From: Pseudolysobacter sp.
GTDB taxonomy: Bacteria; Pseudomonadota; Gammaproteobacteria; Xanthomonadales; Rhodanobacteraceae
Reading direction: 5' to 3'
Assembly: GCA_043759455.1 (NCBI GenBank)
Contig: JAYVLO010000029.1
Coordinates: forward strand, 30,298-94,297
DNA: 64,000 nt
In this document: positions 21,649-33,052 of the stretch, piece after piece
How the letters are laid out: every line of letters begins with the position of its first letter
Position numbering within the stretch: the stretch's first letter is position 1
Position numbers and translations under genes: made by a program
The notes under the pieces: generated by a model
What the model was told of the DNA's origin: nothing
Seen by the model: only the letters and a program-made list of their open reading frames with translations
The model's database searches: none

Positions 21649-23366
21649 GTTGTTGTTGTCTCCACGGGGATACGCAGGGCAGGGTGCGGTGCGGCGACGA
21701 GGCCGGCGCGCAATAAAAAATCACCAAAACGTTCAGTGCTTTCGCGTTCGCCGGCGTAGCGTGCGAATAGTGGATCGAGCACGTTGAGAATTTCGTTTTC
21801 GTCGATGTTCTCGCGATACATCTGGTTCAAGCGCTGGCCACGCGTATCGGCGCCGAGCATGAGGTTGTAACGTCCCGGCGCCTTGCCGATCAGGCCGATC
21901 TCGGCCAGATACGGACGCGCGCAACCGTTCGGGCAGCCGGTAATACGCAGGCGGATATCGGCTTCGCGCAAGCCGTGGATATCGAGTTGCGCTTCGAGCT
22001 TGGTCACGAGTTCGTCCAGGTAACGTTCGGCCTCGGCCATCGCCAGTGCGCACGTCGGCATCGCGACACACGCCAGCGCGTTCAGGCGCAGCGGCGTGGC
22101 CTCGCGATAACCATCAAGGCCGTGTTGCGCGAGCAATGCCTCGATGTTTTTGCGTTCGTTTTCGGCGATGCCGGCAATGATCAAATTCTGGTTCGCGGTC
22201 AGGCGAAAATCGCCCTGATGAATCTTCGCGATTGCGTTCAATCCGGTCAGCCACGCACGGCCGGGCTTGTCGGCGATGCGTCCGGCTTCGATACGCAAAG
22301 TGAGATGCCAGCGTCCGTCGTGGCCCTGCACCCAGCCGAAGCGATCGCCGCTATGGATAAATTCAAAATCGCGTGGCGGCGCCAAAACAAACCCGAGGCG
22401 TTGTTCGAGTTCGCTGCGAAACCAGTCGATGCCGCGATCCTCGATCGTGTATTTCAGCCGCGCGTGTTTGCGCAGCGTGCGATCGCCAAAATCACGCTGC
22501 ACCTTGACCACGGTTTCGGCAACGTGCAGTAATTTTTCCGGCGCAATAAAGCCGATCAGATCAGCCAGTCGCGGGAACGTCGCCGCGTCGCCGTGCGTCG
22601 CACCCATGCCGCCACCGACCGTGACATTGAATCCGCTCAGCACGCCGTTTTCGATGATCGCGATGAAACCGAGATCGTGCGCGTAAACGTCAACATCGTT
22701 GTAAGGCGGTACCGCGATCGCAGCCTTGAACTTGCGCGGCAAATAGGTATCGCCGTAGATCGGTTCGACCTCGATACTGCCCGCGACTTTTTCGCCGTCG
22801 AGCCAGATCTCGTGGTAGGCGCGTGTTTTCGGCAGCAAGTGTTCCGACAGTTTTACTGCCCAGTCATAAACCTGCGCATGCAGTTCTGTTTCGACCGGGT
22901 TGGCATTGGCGAGCACGTTACGATTGACGTCGCCGCACGCGGCGATGGTGTCGATCAGACTCGCATTCATTGCCGCGATCGTGGCTTTGAGATCACGCTT
23001 GATCACGCCGTGCACCTGGAATGCCTGGCGTGTGGTCAGGCGCAACGTGCCATTCGCATACGTGCGCGCGATCGCGTCCAGCGCCAGCCATTGCTGCGGC
23101 GTGCAGACACCGCCGGGCAGGCGCGTGCGGATCATGAAACTGTAGGCAGGTTCGAGTTTCTGCGCGCGACGTTCCTCGCGGACATCACGATCGTCCTGCT
23201 GATAGCTACCATGGAACTTGATGAGCTGGGTATCGTCATCGGCGATTGCGCCAGTGACCGGATCGGCCAGGCTTTCGACCAGCGAGCCGCGCAGATGGCG
23301 ACTTTTGCGCTTGATGATTTCGACGGCAGACAGCGGTGTGGGCGATGGTATTTTGGGGGTGCTCAT
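21645..23366 (-). CDS. cysI: Assimilatory sulfite reductase (NADPH) hemoprotein subunit
   Basis: [37 protein letters not shown] and [10 protein letters not shown] (siroheme/Fe-S cysteines). Confidence 0.96.
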   Translation of the reverse strand: MSTPKIPSPTPLSAVEIIKRKSRHLRGSLVESLADPVTGAIADDDTQLIKFHGSYQQDDRDVREERRAQKLEPAYSFMIRTRLPGGVCTPQQWLALDAIARTYANGTLRLTTRQAFQVHGVIKRDLKATIAAMNASLIDTIAACGDVNRNVLANANPVETELHAQVYDWAVKLSEHLLPKTRAYHEIWLDGEKVAGSIEVEPIYGDTYLPRKFKAAIAVPPYNDVDVYAHDLGFIAIIENGVLSGFNVTVGGGMGATHGDAATFPRLADLIGFIAPEKLLHVAETVVKVQRDFGDRTLRKHARLKYTIEDRGIDWFRSELEQRLGFVLAPPRDFEFIHSGDRFGWVQGHDGRWHLTLRIEAGRIADKPGRAWLTGLNAIAKIHQGDFRLTANQNLIIAGIAENERKNIEALLAQHGLDGYREATPLRLNALACVAMPTCALAMAEAERYLDELVTKLEAQLDIHGLREADIRLRITGCPNGCARPYLAEIGLIGKAPGRYNLMLGADTRGQRLNQMYRENIDENEILNVLDPLFARYAGERESTERFGDFLLRAGLVAAPHPALRIPVETTTT

Positions 23367-23373
23367 TCTGCTC

Positions 23374-25182
23374 TCAATACACGTCGCGGACGTAGCGGTT
23401 TTCCTGCGAAAGCCGCGCCAGATAATCGTCGGCGACTTCGCTCGATTTGCCGCCGTGTTCGATCACGATCTCGCGCAGCGCCGCATGGACATCTGGCGCC
23501 ATACGCGTGGCGTCGCCGCACACGTACAGATATGCACCGTTTTCGAGCCAGCTCCAGACCTCCCGACCTTGCTCACGCAAGCGTTGCTGAACGTAGATTT
23601 TCTGCGCTTGGTCGCGCGAGAAAGCAAGGTCCAGCCGATGCAGCTGGCCGTTCTTCAGCGCGTCCTGCCATTCGAGCTGATACAGGAATTGACTGGCAAA
23701 ATATTGCTCGCCGAAGAACAGCCAGTTGCGACCGCTCGCGCCGATTGCGGTGCGTTCCTGGACGAACGCGCGGAACGGCGCGATACCGGTGCCGGGCCCG
23801 ATCATGAGGATGTCGCGACTCGCATCCGCAGGCAGGCGGAAGCGCTCGTTGGCTTCGACATACACCGGTGCGCGACCATCGTCGGCGAGCGTCGCGAGAA
23901 AATGCGATGCGGCACCGAAATGGCGACTGCCGAACGCCCGATAGTCGATCGTGGCCAGGGTCAGATGCACTTCGTCGCCGACCAGTTTCTGGCTCGATGC
24001 GATCGAATACAGGCGTGGCGTGAGGCGGCGCAAACTCGCGACCAGTTCCTCGCCGCTCCAAAACGTCGGCCATTCGCGCAGTACATCGATCACTTGATAG
24101 TCGCGCAGCAACGGCGCGAGTTCATCCCGCGACGCCGGTGCCAGCAAGCGATTAAGTTCACTGCAACCCACATGCGCGGCGTGGGTAGCGAGGAACGGAC
24201 GCGCGAGTCGCGTGATCTCGCGTTCGCTACCGAGCCAGCGCGACAGCGGCAAGCGCCGGCCTTCGAATTCGACCTCGCTCGTAGCATCGAGCTTCAACGT
24301 CTGCAGCAATTCGTTGACGAGCTGCGGCGGGTTCTGCGGCCACACGCCGAGCGCATCGCCGGGCGAATAAGTCAGGCCGGAATCGGCCAGCGACAACTCG
24401 ATATGGCGCACGTCTTTTTGCGCGTCGCGACCGGTGATGCGCTGGCTTGCGAGCACTTCGGCGCGGAACGGATTATCGCGGCCAAACACCGCGGTGCCGG
24501 TAACGCTGCGCAGTGTCTTGATGCTTGCGACCGCGGCAATCGGTTTGAGTTGTTCGCGCGCCGCGTTCAACGCACGAAGCAGCCACGGTTTGCCGTCGCG
24601 TTCGAAATCCAGATCGCAATCGATACGCGGCAATACACGTGTGGCGCCGAGTGCGGCAAGGCGCTCGTCAAGCAGGCGTCCGGTCTCGCAGAATTTGGGG
24701 TAACTCGAATCGCCGAGTGCGAGCACGGCAAAACTCAGTTGCTTGAGTTCCGGCGCGCGTTTCGACAGCACATGCTCGACCAGGCCACGTGCATCATCCG
24801 GCGGATCGCCGTCGCCCTGGGTGCTAATGATGAGATACAGCAACCGTTCGTTTTTCAGCTCGCGCAACGGATATTCACCCGCACGCAGCAATCGTACGCC
24901 GAGTCCGCTGGCTTCCGCTTCGCGCTTGAGCTGCTCGGCCAGATGCCGGCTGTTGCCGGTTTGCGAGCCGTAGACGATGCTCAGGATCGGCGCATTCTGT
25001 CCGGCGGTGGCGGGTGTCGGCAGTACATGCAGTTCGGCCGGGCGGCGCACCGCGAGGCCAGCAGCGTAGCCCGAAAGCCAATGCAGTGCAGCTGCATCGA
25101 GGCCGTCGAGCAGCGAGGTCAGCAGGCTCGATTTCTCTTCCGAAAGCGGCAGCAGCGCGTGAATGGCGGGGGTCAAACTCAT
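23374..25182 (-). CDS. cysJ: Assimilatory sulfite reductase (NADPH) flavoprotein subunit
   Basis: Flavodoxin motifs [17 protein letters not shown] and LGDSSY..FC; FNR motifs [21 protein letters not shown] and RYVRDVY. Start may be 25182 or 25200. Confidence 0.95.
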   Translation of the reverse strand: MSLTPAIHALLPLSEEKSSLLTSLLDGLDAAALHWLSGYAAGLAVRRPAELHVLPTPATAGQNAPILSIVYGSQTGNSRHLAEQLKREAEASGLGVRLLRAGEYPLRELKNERLLYLIISTQGDGDPPDDARGLVEHVLSKRAPELKQLSFAVLALGDSSYPKFCETGRLLDERLAALGATRVLPRIDCDLDFERDGKPWLLRALNAAREQLKPIAAVASIKTLRSVTGTAVFGRDNPFRAEVLASQRITGRDAQKDVRHIELSLADSGLTYSPGDALGVWPQNPPQLVNELLQTLKLDATSEVEFEGRRLPLSRWLGSEREITRLARPFLATHAAHVGCSELNRLLAPASRDELAPLLRDYQVIDVLREWPTFWSGEELVASLRRLTPRLYSIASSQKLVGDEVHLTLATIDYRAFGSRHFGAASHFLATLADDGRAPVYVEANERFRLPADASRDILMIGPGTGIAPFRAFVQERTAIGASGRNWLFFGEQYFASQFLYQLEWQDALKNGQLHRLDLAFSRDQAQKIYVQQRLREQGREVWSWLENGAYLYVCGDATRMAPDVHAALREIVIEHGGKSSEVADDYLARLSQENRYVRDVY

Positions 25183-25350
25183 GGCCGTATAGACGTCCAA
25201 ACATCGAGGATGACGAATTTTGCTCGCGCGCGCGCGGCGCCGGAAACAATATGTTGTTATGCGCTTATGACGTGGAGAGATGAGGCCTAGTGCTGCGGAG
25301 ACGTATGGATGGGCCGACGAGTAGACGGAAAAACGGAACCAGGCGCGGGT

Positions 25351-26577
25351 TCAGGTTTTGCGCAGGGTCAGCCAGGCTGCGGTCAACGCAGCGGATACCA
25401 GTAATGCGGCCAGCACAAACGGTGCGCCGGGGAAATGCAAGGCGCTGTTTTCGCGGATCGCCATGGCAAACGTTTGCGTGAACAGCAGCGGTCCGATCAT
25501 GCCGGCCACGCCCATCAGGCTGGCCTGCGCGCCTTGTAGCTGACCTTGCTCGGACGGTTCGACGTGGCGTGTCATCAGGCCTTGCAGCGCCGGTCCGCAA
25601 AGGCCCCACATCGCCAGCAGCGGCAAGCCGATAATGAAGACGAGACTGTTCGGCGCGATACCGTACAACGCAAATCCCAGCGCGCCGAACGCCAGGCCGA
25701 TGTACAAGGCCTGACGTTCGCCGACGCGTTTGACGACCGGCCCGACCAGCAGTGCCGAGACCACCATCGAAGCCAAGCCGATCGCTGCCAGAAACAGGCC
25801 GGTGGTCGCGCTGTTCCACGCAAAACGATATTCGGTATTTAGCACAAATACGCTCGGCAACGACTCGTGTGCGATACGTTGCAGGAAACCCGCAGCGGCG
25901 AGACCGAGTAGGAGTGGATGGCGACGGAGGAATGCCATCGCCCCGATTGGATTGGCGCTGCGCCAATGAAACCGCGCGCGTTTTTCACGTGGCAGCGATT
26001 CCGGCAGGACGAAAAATCCGTAGGCCGCATTCGCCAGACTCAAACCTGCCGCCACCCAGAACGGCAGGCGCAGATCGACCCCGCCGAGCACGCCGCCGAG
26101 CGCCGGACCGATCACAAATCCCAAGCCGAAGGCCGCGCCGAGCAAGCCGAATTTTGCCGCACGCTGTTCGGGCGGTGTGACGTCGGCGATATACGCACTC
26201 GCCGTGGAAAACGTGGCCGCAGTGACGCCGGAAATCAGGCGGCCGACGAACAACCACCACAACGATGGCGCCATCGCCATGAATAGATAATCCAGGCCCA
26301 TGCCGAGATTCGACAGCACGATGACCGGGCGGCGTCCGAAATGATCCGAGAGCGAACCCAATACCGGCGAGAAGAAGAACTGCATCGCCGCCCACGCAAA
26401 GCCGAATATACCGACTACGACGCTGGCCTGCGCGACGTTGCCACCGCTGAATTCGGTCACGAGTTTCGGCAGCACCGGCACCATCACGCCGAGCGCGAGC
26501 ATGTCGAGCGCAACGGTGATGAAAACGAAGATGAACGCAGCGGAACGTGGCTTGGGTGAGGCGGAAATGGTGTTCAT
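25351..26577 (-). CDS. MFS transporter, TCR/Tet (DHA1) family
   Basis: 12-TM pattern with [12 protein letters not shown] (motif A), GRLISG and [10 protein letters not shown] (motif C). Confidence 0.88.
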   Translation of the reverse strand: MNTISASPKPRSAAFIFVFITVALDMLALGVMVPVLPKLVTEFSGGNVAQASVVVGIFGFAWAAMQFFFSPVLGSLSDHFGRRPVIVLSNLGMGLDYLFMAMAPSLWWLFVGRLISGVTAATFSTASAYIADVTPPEQRAAKFGLLGAAFGLGFVIGPALGGVLGGVDLRLPFWVAAGLSLANAAYGFFVLPESLPREKRARFHWRSANPIGAMAFLRRHPLLLGLAAAGFLQRIAHESLPSVFVLNTEYRFAWNSATTGLFLAAIGLASMVVSALLVGPVVKRVGERQALYIGLAFGALGFALYGIAPNSLVFIIGLPLLAMWGLCGPALQGLMTRHVEPSEQGQLQGAQASLMGVAGMIGPLLFTQTFAMAIRENSALHFPGAPFVLAALLVSAALTAAWLTLRKT

Positions 26578-26630
26578 CGGATTGCCGCAGGAGAGAAATC
26601 GATCAGTGTTTTGGCGCGCTGATCTTCGCC

Positions 26631-27014
26631 TTAGCTGGAGTGAAACACCACCTCGATATTGTGTCCGTCCGGGTCAAGCACGAATGCGGCGTAATAACCG
26701 ACGTGGTAATGCGCGCGCGCTCCGGGTGCGCCGTTGTCGCGACCGCCGGCCTTGATCGCCGCTGCGTAAAACGCATCCACCATCGTCTGACTGCTCGCAC
26801 GAAACGCGACGTGCACGCGCGGATAATTCGGCTCGGCGCCATGCAGCCAGAATTCCGGTTGCGGCGGCTCGCCAAAACCCGCGACATCATCACCGCCGGT
26901 CAGTGCTGCGGGAAATTTCTTGAGCAGCGCAAAACCGATCGGCGCCAATGCGGTGGCATAAAATTTCTTGCTCGCGGTAACGTCGCTGATGCGCACACCG
27001 GTATGATCGATCAT
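26631..27014 (-). CDS. VOC/glyoxalase family protein
   Basis: MIDHTGVR.SD...FY..AL, VHVAF.A, GGRDNGAPG.R..YH.GYYAAFVLDPDGHNIEVV. Confidence 0.9.
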   Translation of the reverse strand: MIDHTGVRISDVTASKKFYATALAPIGFALLKKFPAALTGGDDVAGFGEPPQPEFWLHGAEPNYPRVHVAFRASSQTMVDAFYAAAIKAGGRDNGAPGARAHYHVGYYAAFVLDPDGHNIEVVFHSS

Positions 27015-27067
27015 GAAATTCTCCGACAGAAAATAAAGATGCGGCGCGCAATTCGGATTTGTATTTG

Positions 27068-28468
27068 CTAAAACTCCGCGCTGCCCGGAACACGCGGATA
27101 CGGATTCGCATCGCGGATATTCGCCAGCCCGCAGATATACACCACGAGCCGCTCGAAGCCGAGACCGAAACCCGCGTGCGGCACCGTACCGTAGCGACGC
27201 AGATCGCGATACCACTGGTAATGCGCGGGATCGAGCTTGAACTGCGCCATGCGCGCATCGAGCACGTCGAGACGTTCCTCGCGCTGCGAACCGCCGATGA
27301 TTTCACCGATGCCGGGCGCGAGCACGTCCATCGCCGCGACGGTTTTGCCGTCATCATTCAGGCGCATGTAAAACGCCTTGATGTGCTCGGGATAATTCAT
27401 CACCACGACAGGCCGACCGACGTGATTTTCGACGAGGAAACGTTCGTGTTCGGTTTGCAGATCGAGGCCCCACTCGACCGGGTAATCGAATTTCTTGCCG
27501 GACTTCTGCAGGATGCTGATCGCCTCACCGTAGTCGATGCGCTCGAACGGCGCCGCAATGAAAGTTTCCAGGCGCGAGATCGCGGTTTTTTCCTGACGTT
27601 CGACAAAAAAACGCATATCGTCGCCGCGTTCATCGAGCACCGCCTTGAAAATATACTTGAGGAAATCCTCGGCCAGATCGGCATCGTCGTTCAGATCGGC
27701 GAACGCGATTTCCGGTTCGATCATCCAGAACTCGGCGAGATGGCGCGTGGTGTTGGAGTTCTCGGCGCGAAAGGTCGGACCGAACGTGTAAACCTTGCTC
27801 AGGCTCAGGCAATACGCTTCGACATTGAGCTGGCCGGAAACGGTAAGAAAGGTTTCGCGACCGAAAAAATCCTTGCTAAAATCGATTTGGCCCTTGCCAT
27901 CGCGCGGCATGTTGGCGAGATCAAGCGTCGAGACGCGGAACATTTGCCCGGCGCCTTCGGCATCCGACGCGGTGATGATCGGTGTATTGATCCAGAAGAA
28001 ATCGCGCTCGTGGAAATATCGATGAATGGCTTGGGCGATGCAATGCCGCACGCGCGCGACGGCGCCAAAGGTATTGGTACGCGGGCGCAGGTGGGCGACT
28101 TCGCGCAGGAATTCCATCGTATGCGCTTTCGGCTGGATCGGGTAGGTTTCCGGATCGTCGACCCAGCCGATCACTTCGATTGCGCTCGCCTGAAGCTCGA
28201 AGGCTTGGCCCTTGCCTTGCGATGGCGTCAGAATGCCGGTGCCGATAACGGCGCAGCCGGCGGTGAGGCGTGTCACTTCGCTGGCGTAATTCGCCAACGT
28301 AGCGGGAGCGATGATCTGGATCGGATCGAAACACGAACCGTCGCCGACGTTGACGAACGACAAGCCGGCCTTGGAATCGCGGCGCGTGCGTACCCAGCCG
28401 CGAATCGTCACCTCATTGCCGGCAGCGACTCCGCCCGCTAACGCGTGTTTTACGCTGACTACCGCCAT
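27068..28468 (-). CDS. asnS: Asparagine--tRNA ligase
   Basis: [42 protein letters not shown] and [12 protein letters not shown] motifs. Confidence 0.96.
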   Translation of the reverse strand: MAVVSVKHALAGGVAAGNEVTIRGWVRTRRDSKAGLSFVNVGDGSCFDPIQIIAPATLANYASEVTRLTAGCAVIGTGILTPSQGKGQAFELQASAIEVIGWVDDPETYPIQPKAHTMEFLREVAHLRPRTNTFGAVARVRHCIAQAIHRYFHERDFFWINTPIITASDAEGAGQMFRVSTLDLANMPRDGKGQIDFSKDFFGRETFLTVSGQLNVEAYCLSLSKVYTFGPTFRAENSNTTRHLAEFWMIEPEIAFADLNDDADLAEDFLKYIFKAVLDERGDDMRFFVERQEKTAISRLETFIAAPFERIDYGEAISILQKSGKKFDYPVEWGLDLQTEHERFLVENHVGRPVVVMNYPEHIKAFYMRLNDDGKTVAAMDVLAPGIGEIIGGSQREERLDVLDARMAQFKLDPAHYQWYRDLRRYGTVPHAGFGLGFERLVVYICGLANIRDANPYPRVPGSAEF

Positions 28469-28678
28469 CTCGAAACTCCCGCTGGACTGCAACAATGAAA
28501 GGCCGCAAATGATAGCGGAAGATGCTGCGCCACGGCAGCGTCGGCGCGATGGCTACAGCAAAAAACAGACGCATCGCTGACGCCGACGCTTGAACTCGGC
28601 AGCGGCGACGCCATTTCGAAGACACAGCGCGAGATCGATAGGTCGGTGCTAGAATCGTGACTCGACTCGGATAAATAC

Positions 28679-29005
28679 ATGACTATTCAAATCACGGTTG
28701 CGGCGCGCGAGCGCATGCAGAATTTTCTCGCCAGTCAGAGCGCGGCGCGCGCGGTGCGGTTCGGTGTGCGCAAAACCGGCTGCTCGGGTTTCGCCTATAC
28801 CGTGGACCTCACCGACAGCATCGCCGAGAGCGATCATGTATTCGAGCAGGATGGCGTCACCGTCGTGGTCGATGCGAAAAGCCTGCCGCTGGTCGACGGC
28901 ACCGAAATCGATTTCGCGCGCCAAGGCCTGAATTCAATGTTCGTATTCCACAACCCGAACGTGGTCGGCGAATGCGGTTGTGGCGAGAGTTTTTCGGTCG
29001 GCTAG
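28679..29005 (+). CDS. iscA: A-type Fe-S carrier (IscA/HesB family)
   Basis: GCSGFAY and F.NPN....CGCGESF motifs. Confidence 0.9.
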   Translation: MTIQITVAARERMQNFLASQSAARAVRFGVRKTGCSGFAYTVDLTDSIAESDHVFEQDGVTVVVDAKSLPLVDGTEIDFARQGLNSMFVFHNPNVVGECGCGESFSVG

Positions 29006-29017
29006 CTTGGTGATTGT

Positions 29018-29592
29018 TTGCCGTGCGGTGCGGGCGTGAATGCCCCGCGCAGTGCGCCGGCGACGATAACAGCGACCGATTCTGCAGCGGTCGCACCGAC
29101 CTCCGCACTGCATTACGCCCTGCTACATGTATTGCGCACGTTGCGTCGCGAGCCGGCGGTGGCGATCGCCCTCGGTTATCGCTCGGTCGCGCTGGCAGGA
29201 ATCTCTTTCAACTTCAATGGTTGACGGTGTTTGCGTATTTGGTGCTCGCGGTGTTCGATGGCGGGATCCTCATCACCGTGTATGCCAATCACAGCGTGGC
29301 GCGCGTGCTAGCTGGCGAAGCGCCGCTGGTGCATGTGCAGATGAGCAGCGATCGGGGCGATATTCCCGCGCTCGAACAGGATGCCGCATGGACCTATCTC
29401 GGCGCGGTTTCCAACTATGTGTTTGTCTAGGATCACGCCAGCAAACGCGCGATGATTCTGCCGGTTAACAATATCGTGCGGATCGAGCCGGTGCCTGATC
29501 GGCGCGCTGAGAATGCTGCTGCAAAACGGGTGCAAATCCCAACGGAATGGTGCTGCCATTCGCGGTTTCGTGGCGCAAAAGCAAATCGATAA
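29018..29592 (+). pseudogene. Degraded membrane protein of unknown function
   Basis: Hydrophobic piece LRREPAVAIALGY..ALAGI, a frame change near 29210, then ...WTYLGAVSNYVFV*DHASKRAMILPVNNIVRIEP with an in-frame TAG at 29428-29430. Confidence 0.5.
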
Positions 29593-29686
29593 ACATTGAT
29601 TCTTGCTTGCGCTATCGATAACATCACGGGCAATGGGTGGCTGCGTCGCATTGGCTTGGCCTGAGAGTTTTTTACAGGGGAATTTC

Positions 29687-31072
29687 ATGTCGATCTTTTA
29701 TCGCGCTTTTGCGCACTTGTTTGTGGCCTTGCTATTTGTCTGCGTCAGCGTTGGTAACGTTTGTGCCGAGCCGGTGACCTGGACGCTGAGCGGGGTGACC
29801 TTCACCGATGGCGGCACGGCATCGGGCTCCTTCGTTTACGACGCCGACAATCCTATTCCATATGCGGTGTCGAACTGGTCGATATCGGTCGCGGGCGGTG
29901 ACACCGCAACGTTTCCAGTCCTTACCTACGACCAGAGTAGCTCCTCCGGTTTCTATGCCAACAATAATCCAACGGCCACCGGTGCGTCCTTTTCGTTGAA
30001 CGGTTCGACGCGCCAAATCCGCATTCCCGGAACATCGGGTCTTACTGACGCGGGCGGCACCGTTCCAGTCAATATTGCGGGCGCTGGTGCGGCCGAGTGT
30101 TTCAACTGCGGTCCATATCGGAAATACACCGCTGGGAATTTGATCGGCACCGCGCCTCCCGCGGTTACGAGTGCGGCGAGCACCAGCTTTAGTCTCAACA
30201 CCGCCGGCAGTTTCACCATTACCGCTACCGGTGCGCCGGTACCGGGGATTGCCGTGACCGGCACATTGCCGACTGGCGTTACCTATGTCGACAACGGCAA
30301 TGGCACCGGCACGCTTGCAGGCACGCCGACCAGTGCCGGCTCGTATCCGCTCTCTGTCACCGCATCGAATACGACCGGACCGAACGCGCCGCAAAGTTTT
30401 ATCCTGACAGTGAACCAGTCGCCGGGCATCACCAGCGCCGCCGCCGCGGTACTTACCAGTGGCGTTGCAGGGAGTTTCACCGTTAGCACAAGCGGTTTTC
30501 CGGCGCCGGTAATCACTGCCACGGGCGCTTTGCCTGCGGGCGTTAGTTTTGTCGATAACGGTGACGGTACCGGCACATTTAGCGGGACTCCTGGACCGAA
30601 TGCCGGTGGCGTCTATGCGCTGCTTCTTACCGCGAGCAATGGTAGCGGCACCGATGCAACACAAAACTTCAGCTTGACGGTGAATCAGGCGTCGCAGATC
30701 ACCAGCGCCGCATTGACCACGTTCCTGGTGGGCAACCACGGCACCTTCACCATTACCAGCAGCGGATATCCGCTATCGGCACTCACTCTCCTCTCTGGCA
30801 CGTTGCCAGCCGGAGTCACCTTCGTCGACAATGGCAATGGCACCGCGACGTTGGCCGGGACACCGGGTGCCAACACCGCCGGATCCTATATGTTGACCAT
30901 CGGCGTGGACAACGGCGTCGGCATCGGCTTCGGATCGCAGAGTTTCATTCTGAGTGTGGTGAATCCGATTCAGATACCGACACTAGGCGATTTTGGTCTG
31001 TTGATCTTCGCACTGTTGCTGGTCTGCGCGGGTCTGGCGTATCGACGTCGGCATGATGTGGCCAACGTGTAA
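29687..31072 (+). CDS. Secreted/surface protein with three tandem putative-Ig (He_PIG-like) repeats and an IPTL-CTERM-like sorting tail
   Basis: Signal peptide; three ~90-aa repeats each with LP.GV.(Y/F)VDNG.GT.T..GTP; C-terminus IPTLGDFGLLIFALLLVCAGLAYRRRH (IPTL + TM + basic). Confidence 0.8.
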   Translation: MSIFYRAFAHLFVALLFVCVSVGNVCAEPVTWTLSGVTFTDGGTASGSFVYDADNPIPYAVSNWSISVAGGDTATFPVLTYDQSSSSGFYANNNPTATGASFSLNGSTRQIRIPGTSGLTDAGGTVPVNIAGAGAAECFNCGPYRKYTAGNLIGTAPPAVTSAASTSFSLNTAGSFTITATGAPVPGIAVTGTLPTGVTYVDNGNGTGTLAGTPTSAGSYPLSVTASNTTGPNAPQSFILTVNQSPGITSAAAAVLTSGVAGSFTVSTSGFPAPVITATGALPAGVSFVDNGDGTGTFSGTPGPNAGGVYALLLTASNGSGTDATQNFSLTVNQASQITSAALTTFLVGNHGTFTITSSGYPLSALTLLSGTLPAGVTFVDNGNGTATLAGTPGANTAGSYMLTIGVDNGVGIGFGSQSFILSVVNPIQIPTLGDFGLLIFALLLVCAGLAYRRRHDVANV

Positions 31073-31110
31073 CGGATTGATCCCGGGGGATTGAAACCGA
31101 ATCCCGGAAC

Positions 31111-31149
31111 CCATGGCTGTCGCGTATCTTTGTTTCGCGACAGCCATGG
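31111..31149. terminator. Perfect 14-bp hairpin downstream of the IPTL protein gene
   Basis: CCATGGCTGTCGCG (31111-31124) and CGCGACAGCCATGG (31136-31149). No clear U-tract, so terminator function is uncertain. Confidence 0.45.
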
Positions 31150-31236
31150 CTCTGCTACTGCGAAGAAGCCTGATTTTGCCTGATCGACCGCCGTGCGCTC
31201 AGCGCCCGCGAATTGCGCCCATCCGCTGAATCCTCT

Positions 31237-31334
31237 ACACTACGCGGCTCTTCGCTTAGCGAAGGACTTGCCTCACTGCGCCGCAGGAGGCTTTTACGGC
31301 GGGTTTTCCGTCGTGATATCCACAAGGAGATACC
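31237..31334 (+). promoter_or_regulatory. rpsF promoter -10 and 5' leader, likely S6:S18-binding autoregulatory RNA
   Basis: TACACT -10-like hexamer at 31237. The leader has CTTGCCTC..GAGGC and ACGGCGG..CCGTCGT stems, and a 5' CTTG that can pair with CAAG in the SD region CAAGGAG. Assignment is by analogy to the known leader. Confidence 0.4.
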
Positions 31335-31799
31335 ATGCGTCACTACGAAGTCGTGTTTATGGTCCACCCGGACCAAAGCGAGCAAGTACCTGCCATGATC
31401 GAGCGCTACAAGTCGCTGATCGAAGGCGATTCCGGCAAGATTCACCGTCTCGAAGACTGGGGCCGCCGTCAACTGGCTTACCCGATCGAGAACCTGGCCA
31501 AAGCGCATTACGTGATGTTGAACATCGAGTGCAGCCAGCCGGTGTTGAAGGAGCTGGAGTCCGGTTTCCGTTTCAATGACGCTGTGTTGCGTCATCTGAT
31601 TATCAGCCGCCCCGGCCCGGATACCGAACAGTCGTTTATCCTCAAGGCCAAAGACGAGAAGCCAGATCGTCGTCGTCGCGACGATGAAGGCATCGGTTTT
31701 GGTGGTGAAGATTTCGATGAGCCACGCGAACGCACCCCGCGCCCACCGCGCGTGACCGCTGCAGCCGCAGCTGCACCTGCTGAGCCGGCCGCTGAATAA
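31335..31799 (+). CDS. rpsF: 30S ribosomal protein S6
   Basis: [23 protein letters not shown] and [13 protein letters not shown]; long charged/Ala-rich C-terminal tail. Confidence 0.97.
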   Translation: MRHYEVVFMVHPDQSEQVPAMIERYKSLIEGDSGKIHRLEDWGRRQLAYPIENLAKAHYVMLNIECSQPVLKELESGFRFNDAVLRHLIISRPGPDTEQSFILKAKDEKPDRRRRDDEGIGFGGEDFDEPRERTPRPPRVTAAAAAAPAEPAAE

Positions 31800-31828
31800 G
31801 CGCCGCGTCCTGGATCCCGGAGAACATC

Positions 31829-32053
31829 ATGTCCAAGTTTTTTCGTCGTAAAAAGTTTTGCCGTTTCACCGCCGAAGACGTTGTAGAGATCGACTACAAG
31901 GATCTCAACACGCTGCGTCAGTACCTCAGTGAAACCGGCAAGATCGTGCCAAGCCGCATCACCGGCACCAAGGCACGTTATCAGCGTCAACTCGCGACCG
32001 CGATCAAGCGCGCGCGTTTCCTGTCGTTGCTGCCGTACTGCGATAATCATTAA
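31829..32053 (+). CDS. rpsR: 30S ribosomal protein S18
   Basis: IDYKD...[16 protein letters not shown]...[20 protein letters not shown]. Confidence 0.97.
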   Translation: MSKFFRRKKFCRFTAEDVVEIDYKDLNTLRQYLSETGKIVPSRITGTKARYQRQLATAIKRARFLSLLPYCDNH

Positions 32054-32113
32054 GCAATACCGGCGAATCGGCGTTGTCATGCACGCCAATTTGTCATGAA
32101 ATATTTGTGTCCT

Positions 32114-32137
32114 CGTTCAGCGCTTCGGCGCTGAACG
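32114..32137 (+). other. C(UUCG)G tetraloop hairpin in the rpsR-rplI spacer
   Basis: CGTTCAGCGC-TTCG-GCGCTGAACG, a perfect 10-bp stem. Confidence 0.6.
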
Positions 32138-32196
32138 TCGATTCGGACAGCGACACGCTGCGTCGGGCTTTCCGGCGCTAACGAATTGGAAATCCC

Positions 32197-32646
32197 ATGG
32201 AACTCATTCTGCTGCAAAACGTAAAAAACCTCGGCAAGCTTGGTGACAAAGTCAACGTCAAGCCGGGTTACGGTCGCAACTTCCTCGTGCCGCACGGCAA
32301 GGCTGTTTCTGCCACTGTGCACAACCTCGCCGACTTCGAATCGCGTCGTGCCGAGTTCGAGGCCAAGGCCAACTCCAGCCTCGGCAATGCCGAAGCCCGC
32401 AAGACCGCGCTCGAAGGCGCCAGTGTTGTGCTCAAGGCCAACGCCGGTCCCGAAGGCAAGCTGTTCGGTTCGGTCAGTCCACGCGATGTCGCCGAAGCGT
32501 TCACCGCTGCCGGTCATCCGCTGTCGAAGAGCGAAGTGATCATGAGCGAAGGCCCGCTGCGTCACACCGGCGAATTCGAGATTCCGGTGCATCTGCACGC
32601 CGATGTCCACACCGTCGTCAAGATCACGATCCAGCCAGAAGCGTAA
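32197..32646 (+). CDS. rplI: 50S ribosomal protein L9
   Basis: [21 protein letters not shown] and GKLFGSV motifs. Confidence 0.97.
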   Translation: MELILLQNVKNLGKLGDKVNVKPGYGRNFLVPHGKAVSATVHNLADFESRRAEFEAKANSSLGNAEARKTALEGASVVLKANAGPEGKLFGSVSPRDVAEAFTAAGHPLSKSEVIMSEGPLRHTGEFEIPVHLHADVHTVVKITIQPEA

Positions 32647-32658
32647 GCAACAACACCG

Positions 32659-32700
32659 ACGCCGCCTGTCCTCAACAAGGGCAGGCGGCGTTTTTGTTTG
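32659..32700 (+). terminator. Intrinsic terminator of the rpsF-rpsR-rplI operon
   Basis: ACGCCGCCTGTCCT-caaca-AGGGCAGGCGGCGT stem followed by TTTTGTTTG. Confidence 0.8.
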
Positions 32701-32746
32701 TGCGCGTTGCGTTTTTTTCGATGCAAAAAATAGCGATGCGCGACGT

Positions 32747-33052
32747 TTAATAAGACCGTGGAATCGGCCCGAGTTGCGGCGTCCGATCCGGCAGATTGAT
32801 CATCGGCCCCTCGACAAAATACCCGCCCCAGCCTTTCGGCGGATCCTAGCCTCCGATGATCGGATGTGTGCGGGACGGGTAATGCCTGGTCGTATGCCGG
32901 CCCGACGATTGATCGCAACAGCCGACATGGCCGCAGGTTCGACACACACGCAGATGAAACCATTCCGCACCGGTCTTGAGGCACTCCTCGCAACCGCGCG
33001 CACTCGGTGTGACCTGTTGAATCGTGGCGGGGTGACTGCAGTTTCTGCTCAT
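32747..33052 (-). pseudogene. UBP-type zinc finger protein with an in-frame TAG at 32846-32848
   Basis: MSRNCSH...GCEECLKTGAEWFHLRVCRTCGHVGCCDQS..RH..RH..HPIIGG*DPPKGWG...GPIPRSY*. Confidence 0.8.

Noticed and set aside
25351-26577. Acquired tetracycline resistance gene (tetA)
   Set aside because: Family motifs fit TCR/Tet MFS in general, but there is no adjacent tetR or mobile context, and composition matches the backbone; the substrate is unknown.
7268-28441. Long opposite-strand ORFs such as 9473-11011, 11036-12505, 14793-16223, 23218-25290 and 27059-28441
   Set aside because: They lie antisense to confidently identified genes, have no recognisable motifs, and are the expected shadow ORFs of GC-rich codon usage.
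30150-30960. CRISPR-like or DNA-level repeat array in the IPTL protein gene
   Set aside because: The repeats are ~270-bp, divergent, in-frame protein domain repeats with no constant repeat/unique spacer pattern and no cas genes.
31690-31799. Extended C-terminal tail of RpsF as a novelty
   Set aside because: Variable charged, low-complexity tails are common on S6 and nothing specific can be inferred.
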